In this document: piece after piece, positions 35,821 through 41,526 of the stretch
How positions within the stretch are numbered: the stretch's first letter is position 1
How the letters are laid out: each line of letters opens with the position of its first letter
Assembly (NCBI GenBank): GCA_905479125.1
Contig: CAJQLI010000022.1
Location: forward strand, 1 to 41,526
DNA from: an uncultured Alphaproteobacteria bacterium
Lineage (GTDB): Bacteria; Pseudomonadota; Alphaproteobacteria; MPNO01; UBA830
Length of the DNA: 41,526 nucleotides
Reading direction: 5' to 3'
Notes under the pieces: generated by a model
What the model was told of the DNA's origin: nothing
Databases searched by the model: none
Seen by the model: only the letters and a program-made list of their open reading frames with translations
Made by a program: the position numbers and the translations under genes

Positions 35821-36754
35821 ATGGGGCGTTCACGATCCGGCGGTAAATCGGCACGGCGACCAGCGGCAGGATATAAATCGGGAACTGGCCGACGACGAAA
35901 TAGACCAGCAGGTCATAGGGGGCGTTCTCGCCCAGTGCTGCCAGCACCAGTGCCGTGTTGGTGTTCCCTGTAATCAGACCTACCGTCAGTGCAGCGCGGC
36001 GGCCGATCCGCCAGAACAGAAGCGTGGCGGCGATTTGCAGGCCGATATTTATTGCGAATGTCGTTGCCGTCACGATCGCCGTATAGGCGGGTTTTGCTGC
36101 GGTGAATTCCGGCAGGCCGGACATCAGCGATACCGCGACCCCGACCATCCCGAATACCATGATCCCGTCCATGCGCGATGCCTGGGCTTTCAGGAAGTCA
36201 GGCCCCAGCAGCTTGCGTGCGACAAATGCGATCAGAAAACTTGCGCCGACAATCCGGCCGAGCCGCCACATAAGTTCGAGCACCGTAACGTCCAGCTCTA
36301 TCCCCAGGAGCCACAGCGCCAGAGGGGGCAGCGTAAATGGCACCAGAGCATAGGATGCGACGGTCACAATCAGGGCGAGGGCCGCGTCGAGCCCGAAAAG
36401 GATACACAGCGCAGAGCCCGACATAATCGGCGTCGCGAGCGCATGGAATACCATTCCTGCGCCGACCGGCCCGTCTATCCCGGCGGCGATGGTAAAGCCC
36501 CACAGGATCAGCGGCGCTATCCCCATTGAAAACACAAAGATGGCGGCAATCAGAACCGGGCGACGGAGATAGCTCTTTAAGGCGGCCGGTTCGATACGCA
36601 TCATCGACAGCGACAGGTTCATGACAATGAAAATTTCCAGCCAGGGCGCGAAAAAATTGGCGAGCGGCTGCCAGGCGATCCCCAGAAAGACGCCGGCGGC
36701 CAGCACCCATGTCGTGCGTCGGGCGACCATTTCGAGTGCGTTCAACAGGATCAT
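35819..36754 (-). CDS. Bile acid:sodium symporter (BASS/SBF)-like transporter
   Basis: About 10 TMs; ATPIMS, GLD..LAL, TGNTNTAL, GQFPIYILP; ATG 36754 overlaps the upstream stop (ATGA). Confidence 0.75.
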   Translation of the reverse strand: MILLNALEMVARRTTWVLAAGVFLGIAWQPLANFFAPWLEIFIVMNLSLSMMRIEPAALKSYLRRPVLIAAIFVFSMGIAPLILWGFTIAAGIDGPVGAGMVFHALATPIMSGSALCILFGLDAALALIVTVASYALVPFTLPPLALWLLGIELDVTVLELMWRLGRIVGASFLIAFVARKLLGPDFLKAQASRMDGIMVFGMVGVAVSLMSGLPEFTAAKPAYTAIVTATTFAINIGLQIAATLLFWRIGRRAALTVGLITGNTNTALVLAALGENAPYDLLVYFVVGQFPIYILPLVAVPIYRRIVNAP

Positions 36755-37683
36755 GCGCGCATCAATCGGCGGTATACCGGCAGGGCGACCACGGGCAGAA
36801 AATACATCGGAATCTGTCCCAGAACGAAGCACACCAGAAGTTCCGGCGGCGCGCGGTCAGCCAGGGTCACCATCAAAAGTCCCAAGTTTGTGTTGCCGGT
36901 AACCAGACCGACGGTAAGTGCTTCGCGACGGCCCATCCAGAGAAAAAGCGCTGCCCCCACAATCTGCAGCCCTATATTCGCCGCGAAAGAGGCGGCGAGG
37001 ACCAGCACGACATAGTCCGGTCGGGCGGCGACAAACGCGGGCAGGCCGTGGATAATCCCGAAGCCGAAAACCATGACGAAGAGAACGCTGATTCCATCGA
37101 GCGCCCTCGCGTTCTTTAACATAATTTCCGGCTTGATAACCCAACGTCGGATTGCAAACGCGATGCCGGCAGGGATAGCAATCGTCGCAAACAGACGGCT
37201 GAAAAGATCGAAAAACCCGACGCCAAGATCGAGGCCCAGCAACCAGAGCGACAAGGCGGGCAGGGTAATAGGTACGATAGCGTAGGTCGTGACCATCACG
37301 GCCACTGCCAGTGCGGAATCGAGTTCAAGTATCGTTGCGAAGGCGATTGCCGAACTGACCATCGGGGCGGCGGCGAGCAGCACCATCCCCTGGCGAAGTT
37401 CGTCGGGAATATCGATCGGCGTCAGCAACACCCACATCAGGACCGGGGCGGCGATCAGGTTGACCAGTACGATCAGCGCCATCGCTCCAGGGCGGCGGAT
37501 GTAGCCGCGCAGCCGTGCCACATCCAGCCGGAGCATGGCCACCGTCAGGATGACAATGATGGCGGGCAGGATAAATTCCCTGCAGGCAGCAGCCAGTGGC
37601 GGCAGCAGATAGCCGATGACGAAGGCGCTTGCCATCAGCCAGGTGCCCATGGCGGCGACCCGTTCCAGTGCGCTGGGGATCAT
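36751..37683 (-). CDS. BASS/SBF-like transporter, tandem paralogue
   Basis: AAPMVSS, LELDSALA, TGNTNLGL and GQIPMYFLP align with the neighbouring gene; GGGAG SD. Confidence 0.75.
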   Translation of the reverse strand: MIPSALERVAAMGTWLMASAFVIGYLLPPLAAACREFILPAIIVILTVAMLRLDVARLRGYIRRPGAMALIVLVNLIAAPVLMWVLLTPIDIPDELRQGMVLLAAAPMVSSAIAFATILELDSALAVAVMVTTYAIVPITLPALSLWLLGLDLGVGFFDLFSRLFATIAIPAGIAFAIRRWVIKPEIMLKNARALDGISVLFVMVFGFGIIHGLPAFVAARPDYVVLVLAASFAANIGLQIVGAALFLWMGRREALTVGLVTGNTNLGLLMVTLADRAPPELLVCFVLGQIPMYFLPVVALPVYRRLMRA

Positions 37684-37705
37684 GGCGCTCCCGTTTCAGG
37701 GTCGA

Positions 37706-38182
37706 TCAATATGAGGTGCCGTCGAAATGGCGGAACGATCGTGTGCCGTCAGCGGGTTTTTCCATGATCATATCGTCATCGGGATAGTGAACTTTTTCGC
37801 TTTCCGACCGGTTCCCGACCTCTAGAAACCGGACGATTGCATCCGATTTGTTTTCCAGCCGGTGCGCATCGCCGGAATTCGCCGGGAAGCATGCGCACAT
37901 GCCCGGCTGCAATACTTCCTCTCCACTATCGGTCACCAGCGTCGGCGTACCGTCGATGATATAGATGAATTCGTCTTCTGCGGAATGCCAGTGCCGTAAT
38001 GCCGATACGGCTCCCGGTTCCATTTCGGTGAGATTTACACCGAACTTGGTCAGACCGTGCGGGTCGCCCAGGGCGCGCCGGGATTTTCCATTCAACGCTG
38101 TATCGTTCGGGGGCGGATACGGGTTGCGCACTTCTGCTTCAATCGTAAGCGGATCGAACGCGGGGGATGGTTTGTCAGACAT
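37706..38182 (-). CDS. Cupin domain protein (COG3837-type)
   Basis: LGD..GLTKFGVN, SALRHWHSAEDEF, AHRLEN and YPDDD. Confidence 0.9.
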   Translation of the reverse strand: MSDKPSPAFDPLTIEAEVRNPYPPPNDTALNGKSRRALGDPHGLTKFGVNLTEMEPGAVSALRHWHSAEDEFIYIIDGTPTLVTDSGEEVLQPGMCACFPANSGDAHRLENKSDAIVRFLEVGNRSESEKVHYPDDDMIMEKPADGTRSFRHFDGTSY

Positions 38183-38192
38183 TGGCAGTTCC

Positions 38193-39596
38193 TCAGTTTG
38201 GCAGGAAGTCGTTCAGGTCAACGGTATCGTAGTTGCGCGGCATGGCTTTGGTGAACCTGGCGCGTGCAACGGGGTCGGTAACGGCGGGCTTGGTCGCATC
38301 TATAAGGGTCTTTGTGCCGATGCGGTGCATCGGGCTCTGACCCGGCACGATGTTGGAAACGTTGTCGAGCGACCAGGTGCGCGCGCCGGGGATTTTGATG
38401 ACGTCGCGCTGGGCATCGACCCGTGTGGTCAATGACCAGAAAACCTGGCGCATGTCCGATGCATCGATGTCGTCATCGACGGCGATCGCCAGCTTGGGGT
38501 GCATTTGCGGTCCGGACAGGGCGGCCATCAGGGCGGTCTTCGCCTGCCCTTCGACCCGGGGGCGCAGCTTGATGACCACGGCCATCAGACCGGCAATCCC
38601 GAGACAGCGGAGATCCAGGAGATCGAGCCCGCCTTCGACATTTTTGAGGTGATCCCATAACAGCATATCAATCGCCGTTGCCACCAGCGCCTGTGTATCG
38701 GTCATCGGTGCACCGCATTGCATCGCGTAGAAGATGGGGTCCTTGCGTCGGGTGATCGCCTTTACGTCGAGATATTGCGTGAACCCTTCCATGGCGTAAC
38801 CGCCGGACCCTTCGCCGAACGGGCCTTCAGGTGTCAGGGCATCGGGCGGGATTTCGCCTTCGATGATCATCTCGGCCTCTGCCGGCACCTCAATGTCGAT
38901 TGTCTCGCACTTCACCAGCCGGACGGGTTCGCCCATCAGGGCCCCTGCAATCGTCAACTCGTCGGTACCGTAGGGTGCTGTATAGGAGGAAGAGAAATAG
39001 AGAGCCGGATGGGCGCCAACGACCATCGCGACGGGCATGGCTTCACCCCGTTGCTGATATTTTTCGTATATGCGGAGGGCTTGCCGGGGGCAGATCAAAT
39101 AGCCGGTTCGATTTTTGCCCATAACCTGCTGGCGATGGATCGACATGTTCCGGATGCCGGTATCGGGATCCTTGATGATCGCCATCCCCGACGCGATGAA
39201 CGGGCCGGGGTCCATTTCGGATGTCCACGCTGCGGGGACCTTCGTCAGGTCCACGTCGTCCCCGGTTTCGATTATCTGTTTCACCGGCGCGCCGTCACGC
39301 TCAACCATCACCGGTTCGACCGGATTGCGGACGCGGTTATTGAACGCGTTTATGACGTCGTCCTCGTCGACGCCGAGCCCGATCGCCCATTTTTTTCTGT
39401 CGGTGATGATCTGGTTGCAGGCCCGCCAGCCGGGGAAGCCTGCCAGATTATCGAATAAAGACGCTTTGCCCAGCTGGTCATATGCTTTCCAGCCGATGGC
39501 GGTCAGGTTCTGTAACGGATCGACTTCTTTGGCGAAACGGACGAGTTCGCCCTGTTGTTCAAGGTTTCCAAGATATCCGCGGATGGATTGATCCAT
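38193..39596 (-). CDS. UbiD family prFMN-dependent (de)carboxylase
   Basis: EVDP, DPGPFI, KDPDTGIRNMSIHR, VPAEAEMIIEG, EGPFGE, VDDDID and IDATKP. Confidence 0.93.
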   Translation of the reverse strand: MDQSIRGYLGNLEQQGELVRFAKEVDPLQNLTAIGWKAYDQLGKASLFDNLAGFPGWRACNQIITDRKKWAIGLGVDEDDVINAFNNRVRNPVEPVMVERDGAPVKQIIETGDDVDLTKVPAAWTSEMDPGPFIASGMAIIKDPDTGIRNMSIHRQQVMGKNRTGYLICPRQALRIYEKYQQRGEAMPVAMVVGAHPALYFSSSYTAPYGTDELTIAGALMGEPVRLVKCETIDIEVPAEAEMIIEGEIPPDALTPEGPFGEGSGGYAMEGFTQYLDVKAITRRKDPIFYAMQCGAPMTDTQALVATAIDMLLWDHLKNVEGGLDLLDLRCLGIAGLMAVVIKLRPRVEGQAKTALMAALSGPQMHPKLAIAVDDDIDASDMRQVFWSLTTRVDAQRDVIKIPGARTWSLDNVSNIVPGQSPMHRIGTKTLIDATKPAVTDPVARARFTKAMPRNYDTVDLNDFLPN

Positions 39597-39707
39597 TCTT
39601 TGTTTTCTTTCGGCTGCGATTGCGTCTGCGGATTATCATCCGGGGGCGGTGAGTTTCTGCCAAATCATGTCATAATCGTCTCCGGCACGCCAACGCAGGG
39701 GAAAATT

Positions 39708-40286
39708 ATGACAGGCACTTCCATCCGGAAAATTGTCACCATCGTTCAGGAAACACGGACCGAAATCGGCCAGAAGATTGATCCGCCGTCACGGCAATGC
39801 GCGGCGATTGCGGTGATCGCCAACCCGTATGCCGGGCGTTATTCGCAGGAACTGCCCGAACTGGAAGCCGCCGGCGCCGAGCTTGGCGATCTGCTTGGCC
39901 AGAAGGCGATGGCGGCGCTCGGTATCGGCGCGGACGAGGTGGAAAGTTTCGGCAAGGCGGCCATCGTCGGTGAAAACGGCGAAAAGGAACACGCTGCCGC
40001 CTGTATGCACCCGACCATGGGGAAACCGCTTCGCGCCGCGGTGGGCCCGGCACCGTCCATTATCCCGTCGGCGAAGAAAATCGGCGGGCCGGGCACGACG
40101 ATCGATTGCCCGCTGCATCACAAGGAAGACGTCTGGACGTTTTCGCATTTCGACGCGATGGAAGTATCCCTGTCGGACGCACCTCGTGCGGACGAAATCA
40201 TGGTGATTATCGCGATTACGGATTCAGGGCGTCCGCTGCACCGGGTCGGCGAGGGTAAGACCTCTGCCGATGTCGGGGGGGACTGA
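39708..40286 (+). CDS. Amino acid synthesis family protein (AA_synth/DUF1185)
   Basis: IRKIVT, AVIANPYAGRY, ESFGKAAIVGENGEKEHAAA, PLHHK..SHFD, DAPRADEI, GRPLHR; start ATG 39708. Confidence 0.88.
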   Translation: MTGTSIRKIVTIVQETRTEIGQKIDPPSRQCAAIAVIANPYAGRYSQELPELEAAGAELGDLLGQKAMAALGIGADEVESFGKAAIVGENGEKEHAAACMHPTMGKPLRAAVGPAPSIIPSAKKIGGPGTTIDCPLHHKEDVWTFSHFDAMEVSLSDAPRADEIMVIIAITDSGRPLHRVGEGKTSADVGGD

Positions 40287-40293
40287 ACCTGTT

Positions 40294-40332
40294 TCCGGGC
40301 TTGAATACCGGTGCGCGAAATTCAAGCCCGGA
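40294..40332. terminator. 13-bp perfect inverted repeat between convergent genes (stem-loop, no clear U-tract)
   Basis: TCCGGGCTTGAAT..ATTCAAGCCCGGA. Confidence 0.55.
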
Positions 40333-40348
40333 CGTTCGCGAAGACCCG

Positions 40349-41526
40349 TTAGCCTACCGCCCTGCCTGATGTCGGTAGGTCTATGCGGCCGGTTTTGTCA
40401 TAACCGGCGAGCGCAGTTTCAACGAGGGCCTGTGACTTTGCGAAATCATATTCGCGATACAGGTGGGATTTAACGATAAACGGTGCGCCTGCGTAGAACT
40501 TTTCATAGCTGGTGTGGCGCGATGCAAATTCCGAACCGACACAATCCCACGCCAGTTTCATGAACTTGACGCGGTCATCCGCGGGCATGTCAGGTGATTG
40601 TATGTATTTCTGGATAACCGCGTTCATTGTGGGGTTTTCGAAATCGCGAACGCTCGACGGCAACTGGATGAATCCACCGCCGGCCAGTTCCCGAATGATG
40701 TCCAGGAATTCCGGGTACATGCGCGACTGCTGGGCCATGGCTGCATAGGTGATCTGCTTGTTCGGCACGTAAACGCCGTTCTGGTTCGGCTCGGCTTTCG
40801 AGATTTGGGCATCCAGCAACCCTTCATATGTGGCCGCGTGAAGTGCCAGATCGCCAATCAGGCTTTGCACGGGCGGTAGATTTGCAACCCCGTTCATCTC
40901 GGCGATTTTCTGTGCGAGACCAACCATAAACCGGAGTTTCGTGACGAACCGCGTTTGGGCCTGATTGTTCCCGAGCACGTGCGCCGGACCCTCAAACCAC
41001 TGCGCCCGCGCAACATCGATGTCTTTGTAGACGAAGATGTTTTCCCAGGGAACGAAGACATCTTCGTATACGAGCAGGCTGTCTGTTTCATCGAAACGAC
41101 TGGCCATCGGATAATCGAACATTGAATTCGCACCGTCCGCGTAGGAGCGTCGCGAGTATATCTGAACGCCTTCCGCCCAGACCGGGATGGCTACCGAAAT
41201 CGCGTAGGCCTCGTCGCCGGGGCGCATCGGGGTGATGGTCGATAGCTGAACGAAGTCGGAATAGACTGTGCCGGTGCCCAGCATCTGTGCGCCGCGAATG
41301 ACGATGCCGTCTTCGCGTTCTTCGACCACCCCTGCATAGCTGTCCGGAGGATTCTGCTGATGTGCGGGTTTTGACCGGTCAATCTGTGGCGGGACGATGG
41401 TGTAGGTAATATAGGCGTCGTTATCCCGCAGAAATTCATAGAAATTCATGGCGTTGTCGGCGAGATCCTGCCGGCCGTTTTTGGCGAGTACCTGCGGTTC
41501 TGCGGCGAATCCGACGAAGAAAGTCG
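40349..41526 (-). CDS. 4-hydroxyphenylacetate 3-hydroxylase (HpaB-like) flavin monooxygenase, 5'-truncated by the window
   Basis: IVPPQIDRSK, DGIVIRGAQMLGT, FDYPMASRFDETD, VFVPWE, WDCVGSEFASRH..YE.FYAG; frame open to the window end. Confidence 0.92.
   Translation of the reverse strand, partial: TFFVGFAAEPQVLAKNGRQDLADNAMNFYEFLRDNDAYITYTIVPPQIDRSKPAHQQNPPDSYAGVVEEREDGIVIRGAQMLGTGTVYSDFVQLSTITPMRPGDEAYAISVAIPVWAEGVQIYSRRSYADGANSMFDYPMASRFDETDSLLVYEDVFVPWENIFVYKDIDVARAQWFEGPAHVLGNNQAQTRFVTKLRFMVGLAQKIAEMNGVANLPPVQSLIGDLALHAATYEGLLDAQISKAEPNQNGVYVPNKQITYAAMAQQSRMYPEFLDIIRELAGGGFIQLPSSVRDFENPTMNAVIQKYIQSPDMPADDRVKFMKLAWDCVGSEFASRHTSYEKFYAGAPFIVKSHLYREYDFAKSQALVETALAGYDKTGRIDLPTSGRAVG

Overview
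GC-rich chromosomal segment, probably alphaproteobacterial (Rhodospirillales-like gene content), with about 40 genes. No rRNA, tRNA, CRISPR array, transposase or prophage was seen. Left part: the 3' end of a CopA-type P1B ATPase, then a ~15.7 kb divergent locus. Its leftward arm is a motif-degenerate ABC exporter, a stand-alone cNMP-binding protein and a small SAM methyltransferase. Its rightward arm is three glycosyltransferases, a histidine phosphatase, a polysaccharide deacetylase, a small membrane protein and a Dpp/Opp-type ABC importer. Next is a GNAT acetyltransferase preceded by an unannotated leader-peptide/terminator/antiterminator attenuator. The middle holds housekeeping and accessory genes (OCD family, hot-dog dehydratase, Sel1, PduO, aspartic protease, MarR with palindromic operator, LLM oxygenase, two AEC transporters, rhomboid). 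It also holds an orphan 475-aa fusion of a heme-oxygenase-like diiron (HDO) domain with a LuxI/FeeM-like N-acyltransferase domain, the most novel-looking gene here. The right part is a catabolic neighbourhood (SDR, Liv-type ABC importer, HmfH/HMFO-like GMC oxidase, RidA, Rieske oxygenase, two BASS-like transporters, cupin, UbiD-family decarboxylase, AA_synth protein, partial HpaB-like monooxygenase). All calls come from reading motifs by eye; no searches were run.
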